Source of the DNA: Tubulanus polymorphus | Lineage: Eukaryota; Animalia; Nemertea | Reading direction: 5' to 3' | NCBI RefSeq assembly: GCF_964204645.1 | Contig: NC_134034.1 | Span: 7,512,862-7,576,861 of the forward strand | DNA: 64,000 bases | Part shown: piece by piece, positions 47,847 to 61,531 of the stretch | How the letters are laid out: the number at the start of each line of letters is the position of its first letter | How positions within the stretch are numbered: the stretch's first letter is position 1 | Program-made: the position numbers and the translations under genes | The notes under the pieces: generated by a model | Database searches by the model: none | What the model saw: only the letters and a program-made list of their open reading frames with translations | Told to the model about the DNA's origin: nothing

Positions 47847-50496
47847 AGTAATAGGGGTAATGGGCTTTCATACGAAAGGTCGAAAGGTCGAGCTCATAAA
47901 AGAAGAAAAATATGAAAATAATAACAATTTCTATTTGAATTAGTAGCGAAACTCATAAAAAATGAAAAATAATTCTCGCACACTCGAATTTATTTTTCAT
48001 TTTCTACTCGCTAGAAAAAGTGTGAGTAAAGTGTGAGTGAAATAACTCATATTTTAGAAAAGTAACGAGTAATTAACGAGTTGATTAAAATTAGATTTTT
48101 AAACATAAAAGTGTGAGTAAAGTGTGAGTAATAATTCATATTTTAACATTGAATATTTATATTTGAATGAGTTTTAATGAAAATTCTGTTATAAAAATGA
48201 AGACAGAAGAAGAACCCAACTTTAAAATCGAAATAAAAGAAACCAATAAATTATTTTCACAGTTTAACATTAAAAATTATATCTCAGCAACAAATTTAGT
48301 GTCCGCAAGGTATTATGAAATTGATAAGATTACTATGATTAAACAAATATCATCAAATGAAACATATTTAATTACTGAACTAGTAGATACTTAAGATAAT
48401 GGCGTTAAAAATCCTAAATTGTTCAATACAGTTTTACATTTTAAAGCAACTTTAGATGAAAACATAATTAATATTCTTAAAATTCCTTTCAATGAAAGAA
48501 ATGATGATGTAATACTTTCTAAAGATTACAATGATTTGATTAACCTAAGAATTGAAAAAAGACAATTATATTATTTCAATTTTGATAATAAACAAATTAT
48601 CTATAATGAAAATTCATCAAATATTGGCATTCAATGTGAATTAGATAATGAAAAATCATATAAAGATATTGCAATTCAATGTGATTTAGAAAATGAATTC
48701 AAAGATTTAATCCTAATGAAAAAATTCATTGTCATTGCGGAGGTAAATATTCAAAATCACATAAATCAAAGCATTATGAAACAATTAAACATAAAAGCTG
48801 GCGTAAAGAGTAACAATTCTACATAAAAAATATATTATATAGTCAAATAATTATTGAATTGAGTTGAATGATTTAAATATCTAATAGACTGTTAAAATGA
48901 TATATTGTTTGACAGTTGAAATGATAAATTGTTTGACAGTTGAAATGATAAATTGTTTGACAGTTAAAATGATAAATTGTTTCCATTAAACATTCTTTAC
49001 TATCCAGGAATATCCAAATTAGGAACAGTTTAACACTCATACACTGGATAAACTTTGATACTCACAAGAGCGAGCTTTCACCTACATTCTGTAGGCATCG
49101 TCAGGCTTAATGTGACGTCATCAGATGTTGTTGATGTGACGACACAGCCGGATCTCGTCAGCTGGTCTGTGAAGGCTCCCGCGCGTCATCTGCTGCCTTA
49201 AGGATGTTATTCCATACAGGGGGTAGAGCAAATCTCCCAAAGTCTTTATTCAGCGTGGGGTGTCTCAGGTATATGTAAAATGACTCCTGAACACCTCGTT
49301 CGAACCACCGGGGTTCCACCGTCAAAATGTCTGTGTTGCCTATATCAACAGAGTGATCAGGATTGTCAGTATGGATGTGTTGGGATACCTCTGACGTCAT
49401 AGAGCTAGGTCGACGGTGTTCACCAAACCGGGCTCTCAAGGAGCGCTCAGTTTCACCAACATAACTCGCATCGCAAGATTCACATTTAACATGGTACACC
49501 GGTCCTGTAATGCGTTCTTTAGGTACCGGGTCCTTCGGTCTAACTAATAACTGGCGTAACGTGTTCACCGGTTTAAAATACACACTAATGTTGTAGTCTT
49601 TCATCACCCGTCTGATTTGTTCAGACATGCCCTTCACATATGGTACTACGACCGATCTCTTACGCGGAGCCTGGGTGTCTCGCTTATTTCTGACTACAGG
49701 TTTGGGCTTCGGAAGCATGGTGACTTTGTTGAAGACCCAATTAGGGTAATCATTCCATGAGAGAACCTCCTTAATATGTTGTTTCTCCGACTGTCTGTCA
49801 CTATCATCACTAACTATGGTGTCCGCCCTGTGTAGAAGGGTTTTAACTACACCCCTTTTGTGTTCTAACGGGTGGTTGCTGTTGAAATTTAGATATTGGT
49901 CTGTGTGTGTGGTTTTTCGGAATACTTTAGTACGAATCGACCCATCCTCATTGATGACCGCATATGTGTCGAGAAACGCTAGAGCCCTCTCTACACTGCA
50001 AATCTCTAGATCGGCTTGTGACGAAGCCTGTAACTCGACCTCACCCTCGGTAGTCCATTTAATATCATCATCAATGCTGTTTAAATGGTCAGTGAAATAC
50101 TGAGAAAAACACTTCTTAAGTACTGTGCAAGTGTATTAGTTTTTATAGAAATTAAAAACATAAATTATTAATCTAAGTATAGAAATAGTTATAATATAAT
50201 CTATTTTTATATATTTCAGCCAATTTAACAGTCTATTGCTTAATTTGAATTATACAGTTTATCATTTAGCTCATGAATATATTTATGAGTTTTTAAACTC
50301 CTAAAATCTTTATATCTTTTATTACATACTTCACAGCATTTAATATTATTCAATCTATCTGAAATATAATTTATATTTTCTATTAATTCAGTGTATCTAA
50401 TTTTACAGCAATCATAGAATTCTAACAACTGTTTTATACTATAAATTGAAAAAGAAAATAAACCTGTAAGCATAATAATTGATTTAATATTCTGTT
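47847..50496 (-). mobile_element. Mirror copy of the right part of the satellite element, including the Penelope insert
   Basis: Reverse complement of 42368-45017. Confidence 0.9.
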
Positions 50497-50508
50497 TAAT
50501 ATTCTCCA

Positions 50509-50742
50509 ACTAGGGGTACGCGATGAAGATCTCCCAATGAGAAAATCATTAGGCGAGAGGTATCTGCCATCATCAGGAGTTGTGGGATGTCGTCCAATGG
50601 GTCTTTCATTGAGTAGGTTGGCGACTTCGAATACCTACTCAATGAAAGACCCATTGGACGACATCCCACAACTCCTGATGATGGCAGATACCTCTCGCCT
50701 AATGATTTTCTCATTGGGAGATCTTCATCGCGTACCCCTAGT
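50509..50742. repeat. Perfect fold-back: 110-bp arms, 14-nt loop, made of BEL integrase sequence
   Basis: 50509-50618 is the reverse complement of 50633-50742. Confidence 0.95.
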
Positions 50743-51615
50743 GGACCATTTCATCCTCCTAATCAGACCTCGGATACTATGCGTTTGAATTATTTACAGT
50801 CAATGGTCGATGCCTTTTGGAACAAATGGATGAGGGATTACTCTCCTACTCTCGTACCCCGTGCAAAGTGGCATCACGATTCACGTACTGTTAGGATTGG
50901 AGATTTGTGTCTGATCAGGGACCTTAACTTGTTAAGAGGTCAGTGGAAACTTGATGAAGTCGTTAAGTTGTATCTTTCTGCGAAAGATAACAAAGTCCGA
51001 AGGGTCCAGCTTAGATATAAGGCTCTGAAATCAGGTGATCAGCATTATACGTATACAGCAGATTCGTTCGAAGATAGAGATGTCAAGAACCTCGTGCTCA
51101 TTGCTCCTGCTGAAGAGTAATAGAGTTGTGATTTTCATGAAAACTTACGAACTTTATGAAAATGATGTTTCAATCTAACATTTGTTTATAATGAGTAATT
51201 TTCTTCTGGTGGCGGAGTGTTTAGAGCATTCAATATTGGATGACCATGTATACTATTCTTCATTATAATTCTATATATCTGGGTCACTGACTAGCATTCA
51301 TTTCTCATAACAATATGAATTTGATCTCTATCTGGTATTGTGTTCTGGCTATATAAAGAGTGTATGCCTTATGCATTAGCCTCCACTTGCTCAGTCTATA
51401 TACTCGTGTCTACACGTTTCTTTGAGTCTAGCTAAAACTCAGTTCAGGTATCCGGTGAGTGTTAAATTTCATGTTCATCTACTATTCGTTGTTGTTTACG
51501 ATGTTTGTCACATTTCTAAATTTATGTTATTATGTATATTTCAGTTTTGAAATCTATACAAATAAATGATTCTCAATTCGCCTGACGTAAATGAGTTTTT
51601 GATTCGGAGGAAACA
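50633..51615 (+). mobile_element. BEL/Pao 3' end: integrase C-terminus (DUF5641-like), PPT and LTR 51218-51615
   Basis: NERPIG..YLSPNDFLIGR..FWNKWMRDY..KW..GDLCLI..RGQWKL. GGTGGCGGAG precedes TGTTT...AAACA. Confidence 0.85.
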
Positions 51616-51619
51616 TATA

Positions 51620-51950
51620 TAGTAGCCAATACCATTTTTAAGTACGTAGTTGTTACACGTACGTGACTGTACGGTGATCTCCACAGGTTAACCGTACGTG
51701 AGTTCCCTACTAACGCCGAATGTGAGTTCCTAGTAGCCAATACCATTTTAAGTACGAAGTTGTTCCCCGTACGCGACTGTACGTGATCTCCACAGGTTTA
51801 CCGTACGTGAGTTCCCTACTAACGCCGTATGTGAGTTCCTAGTAGCCAATACCATTTTAAGTACGAAGTTGTTACCCGTACGTGACTGTACGGTGATATC
51901 CACAGGTTAACCGTACGTGATTTCCCTAAAAACGCCGTACGTGAGTTCCT
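51620..51950. repeat. ~110-bp tandem repeat, 3 copies
   Basis: TAGTAGCCAATACCATTTT at 51620, 51731 and 51840. Confidence 0.9.
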
Positions 51951-52045
51951 ATAATCTGCAAACGCGCATGCGTGAAAGAATAGAGTTTGGGTTAGGTGAG
52001 GGTATAGGCTATTTGTAAATCAAATTTCATCCAACCTGCAGTTAC

Positions 52046-52118
52046 GTCTCTGGCACAGTGGGTAAATCACTGGACTACGTACTACTGGGTTTTTTTTCCG
52101 TTTGGTTTCGAATCCCAA
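52046..52118 (+). repeat. Possible tRNA-derived SINE head
   Basis: A-box-like TGGCACAGTGG and B-box-like GTTTCGAATCC; no full cloverleaf. Confidence 0.3.
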
Positions 52119-53233
52119 TATTGCATGTCTGAGCGTCAACGTACTCACATACGGCTAACCTGTTCGTAGGTATGGTATACCGATTTCTCCAGTCTTAACT
52201 GATAAGTGTACGGTACAGCTGTACGCATTATACAATTGTTCCCATGGGAATAGGGCCTATTGATTGGGCATATTATTTCCTGCTTTAGAATACTGAAATA
52301 AGCCTAACGTTCATTCAAATATCCAACATCGGTGAAAGTTTTATTACTGTATACATGTACTGTAGGTTTTCATGTTGTATGAATATTTTGCAGTTCAAAT
52401 GGGTATGATGCTGATTCCAAAGTCAAACGCATGAAGTTAGATGGTCAAGGACAGTCAACACCAAGATATCTCTCTTCGACCGATGTTGCACCATAGAAGA
52501 TCTGATTCTTTCAACGCAAGCAAAGTGATTCAACACGATCGACATAACACTGGAATAGGCTTGCAGTATCTAACGGTTCATTTCATTTAGTCCTATGTAC
52601 TTTTTAGCCAATTTGGATTTGATTGTAATTGAAACTCTGGAACTGTTAACAAAAGACAAGTTGAAAAAACACAAGTTATGTTCAAATTCAAATTTATTTT
52701 ATTACATCATATTTACAAAGCATATCATTGGTTCTTACAGTAATAATAAATTGCCCATGGGAGGTGTGGTTTACCTTGAAAGCAAGAGGTTGTTGGTTGG
52801 AGTAAGGGCATTGCTTGAAAAATCTTTTTAATTCGTGACTTCAAAGTTCCACAAGTTTATATTGTATTTTATCTTTCTTAAAGATTTATTCTGTACTCAA
52901 ATAAGACCACAGATATACATTTGTTTACGATCCACATCCAAAATTTCGCCGGGTACAGGTAGGTGCGGCAGGGAAACTATTTTATATTTTCAAAAAAAAA
53001 TATTTTTCACAATATGAAAAAAAATATTCAAAAGGCCATCCCAAAATAATTGTCCGTTTGCCGTAACACCGACTCAACTTTTCAGGACGAGTCGGTAGGT
53101 AGGTAGAAATTAATTTTTTTGCTAAATTTTTGGGCAAAAGAAACAAATTTATCACCTTTATAACATGGAAACAATATCGCAAATCTACGTTGTGCACGGG
53201 AAATTTGTCTAATAGCGTAGATTTCAAGAATTA

Positions 53234-55797
53234 CAGTCAAACTCGGTTAAGTCATCATCGTTTTATTCGTCATTTTGTTTAAGTAGTCAGTTTTTGTAAG
53301 CACCAAATATATTCTTCATTATTCCAAAGAAATTTCTGTGGTTAATTCGTCTCTTATAAGTCGTCATTTTGTTTAAATCGTCGTTATCATGTCGGTACAA
53401 TCAGTCAATTTCCACGTAAAATGCCCCGGTTAACTCGTCGCGGGAAATTTTCTGAATGCTACTGTAATCAATACATTCCAATATACATATATTGGGGCCT
53501 GCTACTGTTGTGAGTGAATATGCGCGGCGGCTCTTGTGCAGTATAAAACACAACAATCGATATAGAGTCGTAGATAATACTGTTCAGCGTACAGTCTGAA
53601 ATAGTTTCTCATGAAGTAAGATGGCAGTAAGATGTAAGATAGAAAGTTGCAGACTAAAACATACCAGGAGAAATATGACATTTTAAAGTTTCTGGAAAAA
53701 AATCCGGGTATGAAAAAGATCGAAGTTTAATATCAAGCGGCAGACTCCAAACGATTATATTAAGAACAAGGACAATATTTTCCGGAAAGTTGAGAATCCT
53801 GACGCGAAAAAAAGGGCAAATCAAGCGGGACAGAAAACCAACGTATGCTGATGTAGATCTTGCATTGATCCTTTGGTTCCGGCAGAAAGCACATATTCCT
53901 GACCTGAGGCTCGATGGTGAAATGTTATTGAAAAAGGCGCGCGACTTTGCGATCGAGTTTGGATATGAAGAAAATCCAACTTAAATTAGTTCAAGCTGGA
54001 TTGACAGATTCAAAAAACGGTATGGAATTGTGCAGGTCAGTAAGTCAGGAGAATCAGCAGGTGTTGACTTAGCGATTGTGAACGAATGGAATGAGGGAAC
54101 ATTAAAAGATATTTTGGAAAGATTTACTCCTGACAACATATTTAACGCTGACGAAACGGGACTTTTCTGGCAAATGCTGCCAGAAAAGTCCCTTGGATTT
54201 TCGAGGCAGAAAACCCATGGTCGAAAACAACCAAAAACTCGTATAACCGTGCTCGTCGCTAGCAATATGTCTGGAAGCGAAAAACTACCACTCTATGTGA
54301 TCGGAAAGGCGAAGAATCCGCGCGCATTCAAGAATGTACGACACATACCGGTGCAGTGCAAGGCTAATAAAAAAGCCTGGATGACCGGAGACTTGTTCGA
54401 AAATTGGCTCCGTAAATTGGACCGTCGCATGCTTGTTGAAATGAGAAAGATTGCAATGGTTTTAGACAATTGCTCAGCCCACCCACACATTGAGTTGGAC
54501 AATATCGAACTGTTTTTCTTACCGCCGAACACGACGAGTGTCACCCAGCCTATGGACAGTGGGATCATAAAGAACTTGAAATTTCATTACCGACATGTCC
54601 TTGCTACACGTCGATTAGAGGCGGCTGAGTCTGATGCATCAGTCCCATTGAAATGGGATCTTCTTGACGCCTGTATAACTCTTAAAGCGGCATCGCGAAA
54701 AGTTTAACAAGAGACAAAAATGCCAATTTTATCGTCAGCACTCCGGATGTCGTTGAATTGCCTGTTCCTAGCACCTCATCTGATGCTGAAATAAGTCCAG
54801 ATGAAAGTGAGGAGCGCAGCTTCCGAAATATTTGGAGCAGATTGGGCGAAATTTACGGCGATGACAGTGAAATCAACAATGGAACCAGAGAACGATGATA
54901 ATGGAGATGAGGATGACGATGGACCCATTCCTATCCCACCATCAGTTCCGAATCTGAAATCAGCTCACGAAGCACTTGATATTCTACGACGTTTTGCTCT
55001 ATCGGTAGCGGACAAAAGTTCATCAGACAAAATGATGGAGCTTACCTCTAGTTACGAGACTGAATTACTTGCAGAGATGCCCAACAGACTTGTTCAGAAA
55101 TCCATTCTTGATTTTTTCCATGCTTAGTTTATCAATAATAAACTACTGGGAGGCGAGAGGCCCTCGCGTCTGCTAATTTCTGTTTTTTAACCTTTCTCTT
55201 TGCTGTCAGTTAACCGCTTAGCTAATAAGGCAATCCTTGGATTATGGATCCATCTCCTCGAATAAGGGAGAAGTCAATACGTGTAAAAATTAAATTTGTT
55301 TTTATTTATTTCTCTTGATATTCTTCCCACCTTGATATTGGAGTGTCTTTAGCACTGCCTTCTTGTAATTTACCAATAAATGACCGGGGAAAAATGATAC
55401 GGTAGTTTTCAATTTTATTTTGTTCTCCCCTTTAAATTCTTTTGATAAAAATACCCTAATGCCAAAAGAAAAACTATTCACTGAGGACACTCTTTAAATA
55501 AATACGAATTACACACGGCTGCACTGAGTCACCCATCCAGATCCGAGCCCCGATTAACGTTGCTTAACTTCTAATGATTCTGACATCGTCGAGGATTTAC
55601 ATGAACCGGGAGAGATATTCATGGATTTTCACAAGCTCAGGGGTGTTTTAAGTATTAAATATTCTGGATGGACGAGTACCATTTTATAAGTGTTTTGGGG
55701 AACATTGAAAAATTATCACATAGGCCTAACTCGTCACTTGGATAAGTCGTCGTTTCAGTATCGGTCCCCCGGACGACAACTTAACCGAGTTTGACTG
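53234..55797 (+). mobile_element. Tigger/pogo DNA transposon with decayed transposase (~53622-55127)
   Basis: TIR CAGTCAAACTCGGTTAAGT, TA TSD. CENP-B-like HTH (LILWF, WIDRFKKRYGI), NADETGLFW, LDNCSAH, FLPPNTTSVTQPMDSGII. Confidence 0.92.
55515..55585 (-). repeat. 5S rRNA-derived sequence (SINE3-like head)
   Basis: Minus strand GAAGTTAAGCAACGT...GGATGGGTGAC matches the 5S A- and C-boxes; the rest is divergent. Confidence 0.5.
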
Positions 55798-58708
55798 TAT
55801 TCTAAAATTATAACTTCGTCCAAAGCGTCATCTCCGTGTTAAAAATGAAACAGTACATGGAATATATGCGCGCTTTTACCAGCTTCAATTTAGTCACCAT
55901 TAGAATGAATGGCATCCTATTGGAACACTGCCAGTTTCCAGAAAACTTAAACTAGGCCACATGTCAAGGCATGTTTTCACAGATGCACACTTGACTTCAA
56001 ACATACGTAGCTTATACATCGGCAGTGGGTCGGTCGGTCGGGCCGTTTTTATCAAAAATAAAATCTATTTCAATGAATCCCAGAAAAAGGTTTTCACTCG
56101 GTACTATTAAAGTCGGGTCGGTCGGGTTACGGCAAACATACCATTATTTTGGGATGGCCTGAAATCCATACGGTATGCTGTCACATGTCAGAGGGTAGCT
56201 GAATATTGAGTCTTGGAAACCTCTTCCAATGTATGGCCGCGGAAGCTTTTACCGGTACAGAATAAATCGGCTATTAGATCATTTTAAATCCTGGAATTTA
56301 CATAGTTCGCTGCTTAGTATTTTCAGGTCACAAGAAATTACAATTTATTACAAATTCTATCGAACAGAAAACACAGCGCTCATCTTCTGCTACGATTATT
56401 CAGCCTATTTTCATGTCAAACGTGCACGCGTTACAGCATCAACCTTAGTAGTTTACTGTACGAGCTTGTGTGTGTCGTCTAGCACTCCGCGCGCACGTGG
56501 AGGCCTCGTGTAAGTGAATGTTCGCTTACACCTCAATGTCAATCAAAACAATCACCGGGTATTAAAGTGAAACAATACCTACGGCGGATGTGTGAAATAA
56601 TTACATCCTCACCAGCAATGAGCATTTGAAATTCGCACGTATACGGCACCTAGTCCAATGAAACGTACGCCATTCTATGGCTTTCCCATAATTATTTTAG
56701 TAGCGCTGGAATTTTCCGTATTAAACAACCAATCCCATTCGCTCGTAGAGACGACGACCCCCAATCGAGGTCATTGCAATTTTATTCGCGAGAGCTAAGA
56801 ATTTTCCCGCCAAAAACAGTTTTTCGTAGAATTTTAACTCAGTTGACCATGTACATCGACAGAGGTTCACCATGTCTTCAATCGCATCGATTATACGTCG
56901 TTTCAGCCGAGAACCAATGAAACAAATGCTCACATAAAAAAAACATACCGCGATTTTACATTGGAATTGCGAATTGGCTCAATGCCAACCTCATATCGCT
57001 GACAACGGTAAACCAAAAAATTAAGAACACAAAAACCATTTGGTATAAATAGCAAACTTAACTAGTAGTTGTAATACATGTAAGATAATAATTGCCCCCT
57101 TCGCATCATCTGTACCATATGTGACAGTAATATCATTGTATCTTAGTAACCAAACTGTGACGTATAATTCAAAGCAAATAAATTCTGATGAAGGACACGA
57201 GCCAGAAAGCTAATTTTCAAAAGAATTGAGTTTGTTTTAATCAAGAGACTTCAGTATATATATAGTGAAAAAGAAATTATCTAGAAACCATGTTGTTTCA
57301 ATTTGCTCCATTTGTATAGTATTGGCTCATCCCATGGCTAGCCTAAAAATATGGCATGGAAATACTGCCCAAATTAAAATAGCATTTTTGATGCATCAAA
57401 CGACGCGTCAAATTCACTTTATTCAAAATGTAATCTTATTTCATAATACATATTATAAGCATCTATTTTTTTTCTCTTCTGGTTGCTCTGCATGTACTTC
57501 GCAGGGGCGGGTCTAGGTACTTTCTTGTATTAGGCGCGAACGGAGGGTGGGGGATCTGGGGGTTATCCCGTCAGACTACATGTACTTCAAATTCGATGTG
57601 CACAATTGTGCAATTTCCTGTTTTTTAGAAATAATACAAGAGGGAATGAGTAGACTATTGCAACACAACTCTCAAGCTAGGGCTCGACAGTATTCAGGAA
57701 AATAGGTAATAAAGGCTCGGAACTTTGAGGGGAAGGGGCCCTGGTCCCTCGCCGTTCCTAGATCAGCCGCTGCTTCGAAAGCTCTTCGTTTCGTGGCAGA
57801 TGTTACAATTCAATGTATTATTGTTACGTAATATACATTACAGACTGGTGGCCGCTTAGTAGCAACCACCTGTCCAAAGAAACCTTGGGCCATAATTAGA
57901 CCATTGAAGGGTTCACCATTGAAGGGTTTATGTTAGCGGTAGGGAATCAAACCCTTGCAAGGAATGGATGAAGGTCTCTGAATTCTTGCATGAATTACAT
58001 GAACATGAACCTTAGTGTCTGATAAGGTTCGTATAGAGTGGAAAGGTGAAGCCAAAATCAGTCAACCTTTTGGCAACAAAAAAGGTAACACATAGCACCC
58101 ACTGTTGTAAAAGGTTTAATACTAAATTCGCAGGTAAGACAGACCCATTTCATAAGCTGATGGGCACTCGGTAGATAAAGATATAAGAATGATTGATTGA
58201 TCAAAGCATGGCTTCAAAATTTCCCTTGAAAATTGAAAAAATGATGTGTAAAAATTGCAGATTTCGGCACTCGGCCATCTTGATCTTGCCATCTTGCCAT
58301 TCTGATCGGGTCAGTTTTTGGGTACAGGATCAGCGACGGGGCATTATTCCTGTTATATATGGGCACTTTTTTGCCCAAAGTAATTTGCTCAGATTAGAAT
58401 CCCACACTAATCCCTTGACTAAAAAAAAAAAACAACATAGAGAACAACAGAACAGTATTCGAACTCAGGCCTGCAAGCGCACAGTGACACTGCTAGACCA
58501 GTTGGAATGTTTTACCTACACATGGCCCTCAACCTAACCTTAACCCAAACCATCTGGACCATATGGATCTTTATTAAATGCATCATAAAATGAGATAAGA
58601 CTTTGAATAAAGTGAATTTGGCGCGTCAATTGACGTGTCGTTTGATACGTCGATCGAAGCGTCAAAAATGCTATTTTAATTTTGACAGTATTTCCATGCC
58701 ATATAAAA

Positions 58709-59176
58709 TCAGTTGAGTAAATACAGTAAAGCTGTATTAGTTTCAGATGAATGTATGAATGCATGAGGAATCAATTGGGATGAATGACCGGTTTCATAGG
58801 ATGTAGAATCTGGAGTGACAAGCATTATTTGAGCTTGATTGTTAATTGCAGTTGCATTTGAGGATGATTCTGATTCATCATTTGTGGCACTCAGGGCTTG
58901 TTTTGTGACTGTTTCATCCTCAGTGAGGTCATTGACTGCAAATGTGTCAGTCATTATTTCATTAGTATCGCTGTCATGACTTCGTACATGCCGTTGTAAT
59001 GCGAATTTAGTGTTAAACCTTTTACCACAGTGAGTGCAAACATGTGAACGAGGGTTTTTATGAATAGTGTTGACATGATTCCGTTGAACTGACTTCGTTT
59101 TAAACGCTGCTCCACATATTTCACATAAATAAGCTCGTATATGTGTATGTATTGTCATGTGATCTGCTAGATGAGC
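58709..59176 (-). CDS. Last coding exon of a host C2H2 zinc-finger gene
   Basis: AG acceptor at 59178-59177. AHLADHMTIHT completes the finger begun in the previous exon; two more fingers; stop at 58709. Confidence 0.88.
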   Translation of the reverse strand, partial: AHLADHMTIHTHIRAYLCEICGAAFKTKSVQRNHVNTIHKNPRSHVCTHCGKRFNTKFALQRHVRSHDSDTNEIMTDTFAVNDLTEDETVTKQALSATNDESESSSNATAINNQAQIMLVTPDSTSYETGHSSQLIPHAFIHSSETNTALLYLLN

Positions 59177-59864
59177 CTGAAATATACAATTAATGCAGAA
59201 AAATATACAATAAATCCACTTGATTATACAATTAATAATAAATGTAACTGCGATTTAAATCGAGTCACATATGTTAAGTCTGCATCACTTCATTACGGTT
59301 TTCTACATTTTCGATGAAAAACTAGTTATTCCCTTTTCATTACATGTATAATAACAACTGAAAAAACAGTACATACAATAATATTTAGAGAATCCCACAA
59401 ACACACTAAGATAACAGGCACTAAAGGCGACTACAATTTGACATCCGAAAGACCCTTTCTTGGACCCCCAGGGCCTTGAAAACTATTAGGAATAAAAGGA
59501 AACCAAATTCAAGTGAATGATCCTTAATATAAGACTCCACCATTATGTAAGTGCAGTAGGCTAAATCCGACACCGAGACAAGCAACATCATCCAGAAGTT
59601 GGTAAATGTAGGGTAGATAGATGTATGAACTAGAAAGTGGTGTAACGCTATGTATGACACCCTGGTATGTTTGAAAATAAGATTTCCACATCAAATCTTA
59701 CATCATATGAAAACCTTGACTATCTACTACAAAATAACACTAACTTGTAATGCATGGAAATAAACAGGAAATGGGCTACTCAGTATCGTGATGAACTTGG
59801 ATTATCCCTTGAATTTTCTGAGGAGTAATTGACACTGCATAGTGAAATTCCTGAGTGCTAATGG

Positions 59865-60600
59865 GTTAAAGCGTCTTCAAAATTTCCCTTCAGAAACTGT
59901 GTAAATAGTGCTGATTTTGGCGAACAACAATGGCTGCCAGTCGGCCATCCTGAATCTGACAGGGCCAGTATTTTGCCTGAAGATGTGTCTAGGGTAGATA
60001 CATGTATAAACCAAATATCAAGAAATTACCTTGAAGCGTCTTCAAAACTTTCCAACAAATCTGGATTCCGTCCGCGCAGACCTGCTTACCCCAAAATTGC
60101 ACCATCAGTAGTATTGCACATTTATCTCAGATAAAAAAAGCTTATATCAGTAGTTTTAATGAATATTTGTCTGTCATTAGTTTCCAATTAAGCATCAGTA
60201 GTTTTATACCATAAATAGTTTCCTCTAGAGTATCAGTAGTATCAGAAAACCGAATTAAGGCTGATGGGCCCTTGGACGGGTATAAATATATACGAAAGAT
60301 CAAGGTAATTGATCAAGGCGTCTTCAAAATTTCCCTCAAAAACTTCTAAAATGTGTAAAGAGTGCCGATTTTGGCGATTACAATGGCTGCCAGTCGGCCA
60401 TCTTGACAGGGCCAGTTTTTGGGCTAGAGATGTGTCTATGGTAGATACAACAGTAATCCAAATGTCAAGACATAACATTGAAGCGTCTTCAAAGCTTCCC
60501 AAAATAATTGGATTCCATCTACAGATGGAAGACAAATGGATGATGGACAAAAAGTGAACGCAATAGCCAGCTGGGACTTAAGTCCCAAGTGGCCTCAAAA
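59865..60600. repeat. Intronic fragments of the same HINE-like repeat family as 20677-22913
   Basis: AATGGCTGCCAGTCGGCCATC..GACAGGGCCAG shared with 21361-21490; terminal hairpin near 60567-60596. Confidence 0.7.
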
Positions 60601-60842
60601 TTGGAACCTTCATATTACGGCCAACTTAGCTGCCGATTTTCTGACTTAAATCTGTCGACATAGGCCAGTTCTACTGTATCAGATCATTGGACTAGTGTTT
60701 TCAAATAAATGGAAAGAGGAAAATCAAATAAATTCAAATAATCAAATTATTTCACCTAAATCAATAAAAAACTTAATTAAACCTATCTGTTATATTCTAA
60801 TGTAATCCGATATTGATAGAAATATTCTTTAGGTATACTTAC

Positions 60843-61531
60843 AGTTGACCTGAAAGTTTTCTCACAATGTGGACATACATGTTGATAATTACGCACTTCA
60901 CGATCAAGATGACTGACTTTGTGTTGCCTAAGTGTATCCTGTCTTTTGAATGCTGCACCGCACAAGTCACACAAGTATGGCCGTTTTTCCGAATGACAAA
61001 GCATGTGACGACAGAAATGTTCTTTTTTAATGGTCACATAATCACAATGTTCGCAACGATAAGACTGTATAAGTTCTGGTTCCATATCAACACGAGGATT
61101 CAGATGTACATTTAAATGTCGTATCAATAATGGTTGTGTTTTTGTCGTATACGTACACTTAGGGCAGCTGAATGTCATTTTTTGTCGTTTGTCTGCGGAT
61201 GAATGTTTCTGTCGCATGTGTCGATGCAAGAGTTTCTCACTGTCAGTTGAGTATTTACATTTCTGGCACTGATACTGAACAGCACTATGTTTAGCTTCAT
61301 GACGCCGTAGATGCCCAAGTCGTAGCGTTACAAAACTACAATGGTCACAACCATAGAAGCTACAGTCGGGATTTTTCTCATGAATGCTCATATGGCTTTT
61401 ATAATGACTTTCACGTTTTGTTTTGAATGAGCAGAGCTGACAGAAAAATTTGAATGGTGTCAGACTCTCATAATCTTTTTTCGCCTTCTTTGGAGTAAAT
61501 GTTGTCTTAGTTTCTTCTTCCAAAGATTTCA
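60843..61531 (-). CDS. Internal exon of the host C2H2 zinc-finger gene (about 6.5 fingers)
   Basis: tttcag acceptor, GTAAGT donor after CPHCEKTFRST; HSEKRPYLC linker. Confidence 0.9.

Larger units (their letters stand above)
42368..50496. repeat. Large inverted duplication: arms 42368-46191 and 46673-50496 (3,824 bp each), 481-bp spacer
   Basis: Mirror ORFs have identical translations; paired coordinates sum to 92864. Confidence 0.95.
53033..56160. mobile_element. Small non-autonomous TIR element hosting the Tigger insertion
   Basis: AGGCCATCCCAAAATAAT..TTTGCCGTAAC at 53033 and its reverse complement ending at 56160. Confidence 0.65.

Noticed and set aside
50496-50788. Twin ORFs MRKSLGERY on both strands
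   Set aside because: Artefacts of the perfect palindrome; the real frame is BEL integrase.
14447-51615. One BEL element spanning both LTRs
   Set aside because: The LTR sequences are unrelated and in opposite orientations.
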